A stretch of DNA of 64,000 nt from Myxococcota bacterium (lineage in GTDB: Bacteria; Myxococcota_A; UBA796; CAJQPC01). Below, piece after piece: positions 51,371-61,500 of this stretch. The notes beneath the pieces are model-generated. The model ran no database searches and was not told the origin of the DNA. It was given only the letters and a program-made list of their open reading frames with translations. The stretch's first letter is position 1, and each line of letters opens with the position of its first letter. The DNA is taken from NCBI GenBank assembly GCA_036012755.1, contig DASCPX010000047.1, forward strand, positions 1 through 64,000, in the 5' to 3' direction. The translations under genes were made by a program, and so were the position numbers.

Positions 51371-53473
51371 ATGTTGCTCTCCATCGCCGCCGCTCTGTCC
51401 GCAGAGCCCCACTTCTCCTACCCCAAGCTCGTCACCGCCAACGGCTACGGCGTGGCGGTGCTCAACGGCGCGAACGACGGGGGCGTGGTCCTCGATGTCT
51501 TCTCCGACCACCTCTACCAGCAGTACTCCGCGGACGACGAGCCGACTCGGGACCTGCTCTGGGACACCTACTTCGGCCTCCGCGCCGAGGGGGACTCCGG
51601 CTGGCTCACCGACTCCGCCTCCTACCAGACCCTGGCGGGCACGGGCGTGCTCGAGATCGACCGGTCCCGCGGCTCGCTGCTCATCACCGAGTACGCCTTC
51701 GCCTCCATGCAGGACGACAGCCCGGCGCTGGTCCACTTGCTGCGGGTCGAGAACCCCACCGGCGATGCCCTCGACGCCGAGCTCTTCCTGCTCGAGAACT
51801 TCCACGTCGGCGACAGCACCAGCGAGAACGAGGCGATCCAGCCCGAGGGCGAGGGGCTCGTCCTCTGGGGCGAGAACACCGGGCTGACGATGCACTTCTC
51901 TCCGCTGGTCACGCCGAGCAGGACGGACTGCTCGCCGAACGACCCCTGGTACGCGGTCAACGAGGGCTGGGACCTCGATGAGTGCTCCTACTCCGCCGGA
52001 GACGACCGGATCGGCGCCTTCCAGTGGAGCCTCGTCCTGGACGCTGGCGCTGTCGAGTGGATCGGTGTCGTCGATCACTTCGGCGACGGCGAGGTGCTCT
52101 CCGGTGACCCCGAGACCCTCTTGGACGAGGAGATCGCCTGGTGGCAGGCCTGGCACGACGAGGGCGAGCCCGCCTACGGGCTCACCGACGAGGAGTACGA
52201 GGTCTACTACCAGGCCCTGGCCTACCTGAAGATGAGCCAGGTGCGCGAAGAGGGCGATGCCTACGGGCAGATCCCTGCATCGCTGCCCCTGTCGGCTCCG
52301 GTCGGCGAGTTCCAGCACATCTGGAACATCAGCTGGGTCCGGGACGGGGCCTACGCCATCCGCGCGCTCACCGCCGCGGGCCACTACCCAGAGGCTCGCG
52401 CCGCCCTGGCCTTCCAGGTCCAGCCAGGCAAGACCGGGGACTGGGTCAGCTACGTCGGCGGCATGGACCACGCCCTGTCGATCTGCCGCATCTACGGCAA
52501 CGGCGACGAGTGGACCGACGTCGATGACGATGGCCCCAACATCGAGTTCGACAACTTCGGGCTCTACCTCTGGGCCTTCGGCGCCTATGTCCGCGCCACG
52601 AACGACGTGTCCTTCGCGGAGGAGCACGAAGAGGCGCTGCTCGACAAGACCGCTGACGTGCTCGTCGTGCTCGTCGATCCCTCGACCGGACTGATCACCG
52701 CCGACAGCTCGATCTGGGAGCGCCACTGGAACGGCAACCAGAAGCAGTTCACGTACACCTCTGCGTGGGCGGTGCGCGGCCTGCGAGAGGCGACCTACCT
52801 GGCCGAGAAGCTCAGCGACGCGCGGTCCGTGACCTACAGCGAAGAGGCCGACGCGCTGGCGGCAGCCATCGAGCAGCACCTCGTGCGAGACGACGGCGTG
52901 CTCGTGGGCAACCTCGAGGAGCACACCGCCAGCGATCCGGCCATGGACCTCGCCGCGGTGGACGCCTTCAACAACGGCGCGCTCGACGTCGGCGGCGAGT
53001 CCTTCTCTGCCTCGATGGAGGCCTGGGAGCGCGACCTGGGCCTGGCCAGCGGTCCGGGCTTCAAGCGCAACGACGACGGTGACCTCTACGACGAGCAGGA
53101 GTGGATCATGGTTGATTTGCGCGTCGCCGAGGCCCTGCGGAGGGCTTGCCGGGACGACGAGGCCGCGGAGATCGAGGACTGGGTCACGGAGCAGGCCCAG
53201 GCCAACCACCTCATCGTGCCCGAGCTGCTGGAGCCGACCAGCGCCGACTACGCCGGACCTGCGCCGATGATGGGCTTCGGCAGCGGGCTCTACGTGCTCC
53301 AGATGCACACCCGCGAGACCGACTACTGCTCCGGCGACACCGGGCCCGACGACACCGGCGGTGACACGGACGACCCGGGCGGCGCCACCCACCCGGACTG
53401 CGGCTGCTCGGCGACGGCCCTGCCGGCCTCGCTCGCACTCCTTCCACTCCTGCTGCTGAGGAGGCGTCGGTGA
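51371..53473 (+). CDS. GH15-like glucoamylase with MYXO-CTERM-type sorting tail
   Basis: SWVRDG, DSSIWE, IVPE; ends GCSA...LLPLLLLRRRR. Confidence 0.8.
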   Translation: MLLSIAAALSAEPHFSYPKLVTANGYGVAVLNGANDGGVVLDVFSDHLYQQYSADDEPTRDLLWDTYFGLRAEGDSGWLTDSASYQTLAGTGVLEIDRSRGSLLITEYAFASMQDDSPALVHLLRVENPTGDALDAELFLLENFHVGDSTSENEAIQPEGEGLVLWGENTGLTMHFSPLVTPSRTDCSPNDPWYAVNEGWDLDECSYSAGDDRIGAFQWSLVLDAGAVEWIGVVDHFGDGEVLSGDPETLLDEEIAWWQAWHDEGEPAYGLTDEEYEVYYQALAYLKMSQVREEGDAYGQIPASLPLSAPVGEFQHIWNISWVRDGAYAIRALTAAGHYPEARAALAFQVQPGKTGDWVSYVGGMDHALSICRIYGNGDEWTDVDDDGPNIEFDNFGLYLWAFGAYVRATNDVSFAEEHEEALLDKTADVLVVLVDPSTGLITADSSIWERHWNGNQKQFTYTSAWAVRGLREATYLAEKLSDARSVTYSEEADALAAAIEQHLVRDDGVLVGNLEEHTASDPAMDLAAVDAFNNGALDVGGESFSASMEAWERDLGLASGPGFKRNDDGDLYDEQEWIMVDLRVAEALRRACRDDEAAEIEDWVTEQAQANHLIVPELLEPTSADYAGPAPMMGFGSGLYVLQMHTRETDYCSGDTGPDDTGGDTDDPGGATHPDCGCSATALPASLALLPLLLLRRRR

Positions 53474-55314
53474 CGTTCCTGCTGCTGTCCTGCATCGACC
53501 CGAGCATCTACGCCCAGTCACCCCAGCTCGAGACCCACGTCGACGACTGGCGCGACGAGGTCGTCTACCAGCTCATGGTCGACCGCTTCGCCAACGGCGA
53601 CGTGAACAACGACTACAACGTCACCCAGAACCCGGACGTCATGGCTCGCTACCTCGGCGGCGACTACCAGGGCGTCATCGACAAGGTCGACTACCTCGTC
53701 GAGCTGGGCGTCACGGCGGTCTGGGTCTCGCCGGTGGTGGTGAACGTCGAAGAGGACGCCGGGGTCTCCAGCTACCACGGCTACTGGACCCAGGACTTCA
53801 AGGGCGTGAACCCGCACTTCGGGGACCTCGCGAAGTTCCGCCAGATGGTCCGAGTGCTGCACGCCAACGGCATCCTGGTCATCCTCGACATCGTCGCGAA
53901 CCACGTCGGGCAGCTCTTCTACTACGACATCAACCGCAACGGGCAGGCGGACATCACCCAGTACGGCTCGGGCAAGGACGGCGACGAGCTCTCGATCATC
54001 ATGGAGTGGGACCCCGCCTACGACGAGCGCGGAGTCCAGGGGTGGACCTCGCTCGGAGAGAGCGGCGACGCCCCGGTCGGCTGGGTCTACATGCCGGAGC
54101 TCAACCGGCTGCCTCCCGAGCCCGCCGTGTTCCACGATGAGGCCTTCTACAACCGGCGCGGGCGCGTGACCGACTGGAACGTGCGCCACCAGGTCGAGAA
54201 GGGGGACTTCCCGGGGGGGCTCAAGGACCTCGACACCCTCAACCCGGACGTGCTCGAGGCGCTGATCGACGTCTTCACCTACTGGATCGTCGAGACGGAC
54301 ATCGACGGCTACCGCATCGACACCCTCAAGCACATCGAGAACGACTTCTGGCAGGAGTTCGCCCCCGCCATCCGCCAGAACGCCGCGGCGGCTGGAAAGG
54401 ACAACTTCCTGATGTTCGGCGAGGCCTTCGACGGCTCCGACGCGCTCATCGGGAGCTACACCTGTGACACTCGCTCGGGGAAGCTCGGCTGGTACCCCTA
54501 CGAGTCCTCTGACGGGCAGTACGTCGGCTGCGACCACGCCGACAACCTCGGCGGCGAGGACTACCAGGGCGTCGACTCGGTCTTCTACTTCAGCCAGAAG
54601 TTCCAGGTCTTCGACGACGTCTTCAAGTACGGCGGTCCCACCTCGAAGATCGAGAGCCTCTACTCCGAGCGGGACCTCCACTACGGCCAGGCGCCGAAGG
54701 CCCACGGCGCCGGTCAGGCTCCTCGGGACATCCTCGTCAACTTCGTCGACAACCACGACATTCCGCGCTTCCTCTACGACAATCCCTCGGTCCCGGCGCT
54801 CAAGAACTCCCTGTTCTACCTGCTCACAGAGGACGGCGTTCCGTGCATCTACTACGGGACCGAGCAGGCCTTCTCCGGTGGCAACGACCCCGCGAACCGC
54901 GAGCCCCTTTGGTGGTCGGGCTACGACACCGACGGCGACGTCTTCCTCCACACCCAGTCCCTGATCCGGCTGCGGAAGGCCTACGAGCCGCTTCGGCGCG
55001 GCCGCTTCTCCGTGGCCTGGGCCAGTGACCGGGTCGACAGCGAGAGCGACGCAGGCATCTTCGCCTTCGAGCGCTCGTCCGCCGAGGGGACCGCGCTGGT
55101 GGTGGTCAACACCCACGACGACCAGGTCAGCCAGACCAGCTTCGAGGTCTACGGCATGCCCGTCTCCTTCGCCGCGGGCACCACCCTGGTCGAGATCTGG
55201 CCAGAGGGCTCCGACCGCACCTTCACCGTCGACTCGGCGGGCGAGGTCGTGGTGGATGTTTCTCCCCGAGGAGGCTCGGTGCTCGTTCCCGAGAGCGAGG
55301 TGGTGAGCTACTGA
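53470..55314 (+). CDS. GH13 alpha-amylase-family lipoprotein
   Basis: DWRDEVVYQLMVDRF, YHGYW, GYRIDTLKH, GEAF, FVDNHD. Confidence 0.93.
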   Translation: MTFLLLSCIDPSIYAQSPQLETHVDDWRDEVVYQLMVDRFANGDVNNDYNVTQNPDVMARYLGGDYQGVIDKVDYLVELGVTAVWVSPVVVNVEEDAGVSSYHGYWTQDFKGVNPHFGDLAKFRQMVRVLHANGILVILDIVANHVGQLFYYDINRNGQADITQYGSGKDGDELSIIMEWDPAYDERGVQGWTSLGESGDAPVGWVYMPELNRLPPEPAVFHDEAFYNRRGRVTDWNVRHQVEKGDFPGGLKDLDTLNPDVLEALIDVFTYWIVETDIDGYRIDTLKHIENDFWQEFAPAIRQNAAAAGKDNFLMFGEAFDGSDALIGSYTCDTRSGKLGWYPYESSDGQYVGCDHADNLGGEDYQGVDSVFYFSQKFQVFDDVFKYGGPTSKIESLYSERDLHYGQAPKAHGAGQAPRDILVNFVDNHDIPRFLYDNPSVPALKNSLFYLLTEDGVPCIYYGTEQAFSGGNDPANREPLWWSGYDTDGDVFLHTQSLIRLRKAYEPLRRGRFSVAWASDRVDSESDAGIFAFERSSAEGTALVVVNTHDDQVSQTSFEVYGMPVSFAAGTTLVEIWPEGSDRTFTVDSAGEVVVDVSPRGGSVLVPESEVVSY

Positions 55315-55335
55315 TCCGGGAGCTACGTTCTCGCG

Positions 55336-55878
55336 ATGCTGCTTCTCCTGGCCTGCACCACGTTCACAGTGAACGACGACAGCGGCGATTCCGTGGGCGG
55401 GACCGGTGACCCCTCCGGCGACCTCGACTGCGACGCTGACTACGACTTCAGCGAGCCGGCGGGCCCCGACTGCATCACCGGCGTGCTCCACTGCGGCGAC
55501 GTCATCGAAGGGCACACCCGCGGCGGGTCCTCGGGGATGGACTCGGAGTTCTACCGGTCCGCCTTCTGCTTCGTCCCGTACACGGCCTACGACGGCCCCG
55601 AGCGCGTCTACGAGCTCGAGCTCGAGGCCGACACAGAGGCTACGGTCACCCTCGAGGCCCCCTGCTCGGATCTCGGCTTTGCAGCCGCCCGGTGGTCGGA
55701 CGAGGACGTCTGTCCCAGCGGAGATGACCACGCGATCCTCGACTGCAACGGCGCGGCCGCGGACTCCGTCAGCGACACGAAGTCCAACACCTTCTGGGCG
55801 GAGAAGGCCACCCGCTTCATCGTCGCTGTAGATGGGGCCTCGCCTGCTGCCTACAGGCTCACCGTCGAGTGTGAGTGA
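55336..55878 (+). CDS. Cys-rich putative lipoprotein
   Basis: MLLLLAC; GPERVY..., FIVAVDG...YRLTVEC resembles PPC-like beta-sandwich modules. Confidence 0.7.
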   Translation: MLLLLACTTFTVNDDSGDSVGGTGDPSGDLDCDADYDFSEPAGPDCITGVLHCGDVIEGHTRGGSSGMDSEFYRSAFCFVPYTAYDGPERVYELELEADTEATVTLEAPCSDLGFAAARWSDEDVCPSGDDHAILDCNGAAADSVSDTKSNTFWAEKATRFIVAVDGASPAAYRLTVECE

Positions 55879-55931
55879 GTCGTCGGTACTGACGACTTGT
55901 GGGCGCATGGGCCTGTTTGTCGACACAAGTG

Positions 55932-55973
55932 GCGACTTGTCGAAGTGAGGTCTGGAGTGTATGATCAAGTCGC
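55932..55973 (+). promoter_or_regulatory. Sigma70-like promoter TTGTCG-N17-TATGAT flanked by inverted GCGACTTG/CAAGTCGC sites
   Basis: -35 at 55937-55942, -10 at 55960-55965; half-sites at 55932-55939 and 55966-55973. Confidence 0.65.
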
Positions 55974-56026
55974 AACATTCGACGAGTAAGGGCCTCTATC
56001 GTCCCTGACTCGTCAGAAGAGGCGAC

Positions 56027-56353
56027 TTGAAGATCACATCCGACCTCAGTGACGACGCCGCGCTCGCCGAGCTGGGCGCGCGCCTTCGACGCCATCGACT
56101 GGCGCTGGACCGCACCCAGCGCGAGCTCGCGGAGGAGGCTGGAGTCTCCAAGCGCACCCTGGAGCGGATCGAGGCGGGCCGGACGACCCAGACCGACAGC
56201 CTGTTCCGGCTGCTTCGAGCGCTCGGGCTCCTGGAGAACCTGGAGGCCGTAGTGCCGCCGCCGCTGGACAGCCCGCTCCCTGGCGCGCGGAGGCAGCGCG
56301 CCCGAGGGGTCAGCGACGACGACCCCGGACCCTGGACCTGGCGGGAGCGGTGA
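56027..56353 (+). CDS. XRE-family HTH antitoxin (HipB-like)
   Basis: TQRELAEEAGVSKRTLERIEAG; overlaps toxin start. Confidence 0.88.
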   Translation: MKITSDLSDDAALAELGARLRRHRLALDRTQRELAEEAGVSKRTLERIEAGRTTQTDSLFRLLRALGLLENLEAVVPPPLDSPLPGARRQRARGVSDDDPGPWTWRER

Positions 56354-57639
56354 GCCGCGCGGAGGTCGTGCTCTGGGGACGGCACATCGCTTCGGTCGCA
56401 CTCGACGACGAGGTCGCCGTCTTCCAGTACCACCCGGACTTCGCCGCCAGCGGCATCCAGGTGAGTCCGCTGCGCATGCCGCTGGGCCGAGCGCCGCTGA
56501 GCTTTCCGGCGCTCCCTCGACCGGCCTTCCACGGCCTGCCGGGGCTCTTGGCCGACTCCCTCCCGGATCGCTACGGGAACGCGCTGATCGACGCCTGGCT
56601 GGCCCGGCAGGGTCGGTCGGCCGCCAGCTTCGACGCTGTCGAGCGGCTCTGCTACACGGGCGCCCGCGGCATGGGTGCCCTCGAGTTCTTGCCGGCATCC
56701 GGTCCCGAACCGACCACCTCCGAGCAGCTCGAGCTCGCCGAGCTCCACGCCCTGGCCGGTGACGTGCTGAGCGACCGCCTGGCGCTGACCGCTGACCTGG
56801 GCGCGCGATCAACTGCGATGCGCCACCTGCTCCAGGTCGGCACCAGCGCAGGCGGTGCCCGGGCCAAGGCGCTGGTGGCGTGGAACGAGAAGACCAACGA
56901 GGTCAGGTCAGGCCAGGTAGAGGCAGGGGATGGCTTCGCTTCCTGGCTGCTGAAGTTCGACGGTGTCCGGAACAACCGGGACAAGGAGCTGGAGGACCCG
57001 CGGGGATTCGGCGCGCTCGAGTACGCCTACCACCTCATGGCGGTCGCGGCGGGGCTCGAGATGGCCGAGTGCCGGCTCATGGAGGAGGGCTCTCGGCGCC
57101 ACTTCATGACCCGTCGCTTCGACCGCACGGTGCAGGGTCGAAAGCTGCACATGCAGAGCCTGGCCGCGCTGGCACACATGGACTTCAACGCCGCGGGGGC
57201 CAACAGCTACGAGCAGGCGCTGCGCCTGGTGCGCGAGCTCGACCTGGGCATGGCTTCGGTCGAGCAGCTCTTCCGCCGCATGGTCTTCAACATCGTCGCG
57301 CGGAACCAGGACGACCACGTCAAGAACATCGCCTTCCTCATGACGCCGGAGGGCTCCTGGTCCCTGGCTCCCGCCTACGACGTGACCTACAGCTACAACC
57401 CGCAGGGTGACTGGACCTCTCGCCACCAGATGACGCTCAACGGAAAGCGGGACGCCTTCGAGCTGGCCGACTTCCGCGCCTGCGCCCGAGCGGTCTCGAT
57501 GAAGCGCGGGCGGGCGAGACGCATCGTCGAGGAGGTCACGGACGCTGTGGGCAGCTGGCTCGAGATCGCCGATGTCGTCGGCATCCCGGAGGCTTGGGCT
57601 GCGGAGGTGCGCGCTCATCAGCGCCTCGAGCTGCGCTGA
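56350..57639 (+). CDS. hipA: HipA-family kinase toxin
   Basis: DSLPDRYG coupling domain, GTSAGGARAK, LLKFD, RRFDR, RNQDDHVKN, LAPAYD. Confidence 0.93.
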   Translation: MSRAEVVLWGRHIASVALDDEVAVFQYHPDFAASGIQVSPLRMPLGRAPLSFPALPRPAFHGLPGLLADSLPDRYGNALIDAWLARQGRSAASFDAVERLCYTGARGMGALEFLPASGPEPTTSEQLELAELHALAGDVLSDRLALTADLGARSTAMRHLLQVGTSAGGARAKALVAWNEKTNEVRSGQVEAGDGFASWLLKFDGVRNNRDKELEDPRGFGALEYAYHLMAVAAGLEMAECRLMEEGSRRHFMTRRFDRTVQGRKLHMQSLAALAHMDFNAAGANSYEQALRLVRELDLGMASVEQLFRRMVFNIVARNQDDHVKNIAFLMTPEGSWSLAPAYDVTYSYNPQGDWTSRHQMTLNGKRDAFELADFRACARAVSMKRGRARRIVEEVTDAVGSWLEIADVVGIPEAWAAEVRAHQRLELR

Positions 57640-57643
57640 GGCC

Positions 57644-58463
57644 CTAGGCGTCGACGAAGAGCCCCGCCTCCTCCAGCGCGCCGACGAGGGCGTCGATCAC
57701 ATCGGTCCGGGTGATCACCGACCGGGGCTTGTCGTCTTCGTCCACCACCGGGATGCAGCCGACCCGACCGGCCATCATCCACCGCGTGACCTCGATCACC
57801 GTGGCGTCGCCTCCGACCGTCCAGACCAGCTGGTGTCTCAGCAGATCCGACACCGGGGAGCCTATCGGTGTGCCTTCGCGCACGAGGTCCCTGTGGGAAA
57901 TGACACCACGGAGCTGCCCCTCTTCGTTCACGACGCAGAGATGTCGGATCCTCATGCTGGTCATCGTGGCCCAGGCCTCTGTGGTCGGCGTGGTCGGCTC
58001 GACGCAGGCCACCGGGCTCGAGCCGCAGTGGGCAGTGGCCAGGCGCTCGTCCACCAGCGCCTGAGCCAGCCTCAGGCCGTCGTGCTCGGTGATGATCCCC
58101 ACCGGTTGCCCTCGGGTCCACCGCGATTGCGCAGTCGGTGTGGCTCTGCAGCATGCGGCGGAGGACCGGCAGCAGGGGCTCGTCGGGCCTGGTGACGACC
58201 ATCGCGGGGACGCAGACATCGGCGGCGGTCCTGTACTCCGCTCCCGGGACGATCACCGCCAGCGCGGGCTCGTCCAGCGAGGTGAAGCCGACGTGGGCAA
58301 AGAGCTCCGTGTCGTCGAGGACCCCGACGAGCGCGCCGTGCCGGTCGATCAGCGGCAGGTGCCGCAGGTCGTTGTCGAGGAGCTTGATCGCGCAATGGGT
58401 CAGGGTGTCCGTGTCCCGGCCCAGGACCAGGCGGGAGCTCATCAGTTGGGCGACGGTGTCCAT
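57644..58463 (-). pseudogene. Four-CBS-domain protein split by a frameshift near 58113
   Basis: ...CAIAVD in one frame continues as RGQPVGIITEHD in another. Confidence 0.75.
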
Positions 58464-58505
58464 CGGGACCTCCCTGCCTGGTGCAGGAGCAAGCCCCGTG
58501 CCAGC

Positions 58506-61500
58506 CTAAAGGCCCTTCGTGTCGAGGCTCGTCGTCACCCCGTTGAGCAGGGCGGCCCCCGTCTTCGCGTCCCTGAGGTCCGCCCCGGACAGATCCGCGT
58601 CGGAGAGGTTCGTGCCGGTCAGGTCGGCCTCGCGGAGATCCGCGTCCACCAGGATCGCCTCGGAGAGGTCCGCGTTGGTCAGGCGGGATCCCCTGAGCTT
58701 CGCGCCTGACAGATCGAGCCCTCGCAGCTGCGCTCCGGTGAGGTCGAGCCCGGAGAGGCGGAGGTCCGCCAGGGGGACGCCCGGGACCAGCAGGATCACG
58801 CCGAGGGCCTCTGGCTGCATGTCGCTCGGCCAGCGGGTCTTTGCGTCGGCGAAGGCGCCGTCGAGCGTCGCGCCGCCCAGGCTCGCGCCCAGGAGCTTCG
58901 CACCGACCAGCGAGGCACCGGAGAGGTCGGCGCCCACGAGGTGGGCGTTGGTCAGCTCGGTCCCCGCGAAGCTCGCGCCGGGGAGCTCGGCTCCGGTGAG
59001 GTCGGCCCCGCCGAGGCGCGCCAGGGCAAAGCTCGCCCGAGGGGCGTGCATGCCCAGCATGCGGGCGTCGGACATGTGACAGCCGCGGAAGCTCGCCTCG
59101 GCGGCGTGGGCTTCGTTGAGCTCGATCTCCGACAGGTCGAGCTCCTGGAAGACCATGCGGTCGAGCACCATCATCGAGGCGTCGGCGCCGGGGCCGATGG
59201 CGCCCCTGGGGGGCAGGTCGCGCCAGATGGTGTGGGCGTCGAAGATGGCGCCGACGAAGTCCGAGCCCAGCAGGTCCGCGTCGAGGTTCGCCCTGCGAAG
59301 ATCAGCCTGGCGGAAGCTGGCTCCTAGCAGGTTCGCCTCGCTCAGGTCTGCGCCGATGAGGCGGGCGCCGTCGAGGTTCGTCCCCTCGAGGCTGGCGCGA
59401 GCGAGGTTGGCCTTCTCGAGGTCCGCGCCCGACAGATCGGCGCCCGCGAGGTCCGTGTCGGAGAGGTCCGCGGCGAAGAGCCGGACGCCGTGGAGGCGCG
59501 CGAAGCGCAGGGAGGTTCCCTGGAGCTCCGCTCCGTCCACTCCGGAGAAGGACAAGAGCCGAACCCAGGTCGCGTTGGCCGCGGCGAAGTCCGTCGGCAT
59601 CTGTCCCACCGACCAGCCCAGGGCGACGAAGAGCAGGGGGGCGGCGTAGCGCCAGAAGCGTTGGCGACGAGCGGCTTTTTTCGCCGTGATCTCCCTGGCG
59701 ACCCAGGCGTCGTAGTTGCGCTCGTGGCTCTGGCGGTAGAAGGCGCGCTCCTCCCTCGTGCGCAGGACCAGGGAGCCGACGTGTTGCTGGACGACCTCGA
59801 AGTGCGCGTCGAGCAACAGGTCCTGCTCCTGCTTGCCCCCCTTGAGCCAGAGCTCGAGCCCCTGCCGGAAGAGCTGGCGGGCGCGGTTCCGCTCGCTGAG
59901 CTCCTCGCCGTAGTCCTGGATGCGGGCGATGAGGGCTTCGTGGGCGATGCGGTAGGCGCGCTCTTCGGGCCAGCGCGGGTCCTTGTAGCCCTGCACGATG
60001 CGCCAGCGGCTCTCGAGCCTGCGAAGCACCTCGTCCACCTTCTCGACGTTGGTGTGGGCGGCCAGCAGGCCGCTGCGGGAGGTCGGGCGCGAGGTGGCGG
60101 AGCCAGGGAGGTGGGTCAGGGCTCGCAGGAGCTCCTTCGCGAGGCCGCGGTCGCCGGGCTCGATGTCCTCGATGGCCTCGTCGAGGATGCGCCCGAGGAT
60201 GCCCTGGGCGCCGCCGAGCCCGGCGCGGTAGTGCTCGCGGGAGATGAGTGGCTCGGGGCTGTCCTTCACCATCTCCCAGAGCCTCGTGCCCACGGCCTGC
60301 ACCCTAGGGGCGACCTCGCCGGCGTCGTCCTCGACGAGGTCGCGCACGATCTCCGCGGCCAGGCCCGGCTCCATCGCGAAGGGCGCGTAGTCGACGGGGA
60401 GTCCGCTTCGGCCCGGTCCCAGGAGCGCCTCCTCGAGATCCTCTGTGGACAGCGGCCGCAGCGGCATGGTGCGGAGCAGCTGGTCGACGGGCAGGGGATG
60501 GAGGGTCCGCAACAGCTGCCCGAGGTAGTCCTCTCGGATGCTGAAGACGAAGCGCACTCCGCGCTCGCCGGCGCCGACCACAGAGGCGATGTCGGCTTGG
60601 AAGCGAGCCTGGTCCTCGCTCTCGCCGGCCGTGAAGAGCTCCTCGAGCTGGTCGAGCACGACGGCGATGGGCCGCCCCTCGATCTCGGCCAGCGAGTCGA
60701 GCAGCATCGGCAGGGGCCTGTCCTCTGTCTCTCCGGAGTGCCGCGTCAGCCGGCGGGTGACGGCCTGGCCCAGCGCCAGGGTCGGCTCGTGGCTCCCACG
60801 CACCACGAGGACCTCGTGCCCGATGTCTTCCAGCGCCGGCACGATCCGCGCGTAGAGGAACGAGGTCTTGCCCACCCCCGAGCTGCCGGTGAGGGCCAGC
60901 AGCGGGACGTCCTCGCCGCTCTCCCAGATCTCCAGGAACTGCCCCGAGTCATCGTCCCGGCCGAAGAAGATGGCCGAGGTCGAGGGCGAAAACGGCGCCA
61001 GGAAGCGGTAGGGCTCGGCGGGGAGGCGCTCTGGCGTCCGCTCACGACCCTTGGCCCTTGTCTCGGTGACGCCCTGGATGCGACGCAGCTCCTCCGAGAG
61101 CGCCGCCCAGTGCTCGAAGCGCGCGCAGGGGTCCTTGGCCAGGCAGCGCAACACCAGCTGCTCGACTGGGTGGGGGATGCTCGCGAAGAGGCTCGGTGGC
61201 TGGGGGGGCGTGTGGACGTGGGCGGAGAGGTAGCCCTGGACCGAGTCGGCCTCGAAGGGGGCCCGGCCGGCGAGCATCTCGTAGAGGATGACGCCGAAGG
61301 CATAGATGTCGGAGCGGTGGTCGATCTCCCAGCAGAGCGCTTGCTCGGGGGCCATGTAGCGAGGCGTGCCGACGAGGGCGCCGGCGCGGGTCAGGCGACC
61401 TGGCGACTCGCTGGGCAGCGGTGGCCTCGGGGGCCGGACCTCGTCCTCGTAGTCCTCGTCGTCTCCGAGCGGGGCCATGGTCTCGAGGCTGCGAGCCTCT

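Noticed and set aside
49095..58120. Programmed ribosomal frameshifting at the broken genes (49104, 58113)
   Set aside because: No slippery heptamer or stimulatory structure seen; simple indels explain both
58506..59520. Qnr/MfpA-type quinolone resistance
   Set aside because: The pentapeptide repeats are the C-terminal part of a large membrane kinase, not a standalone cytoplasmic protein
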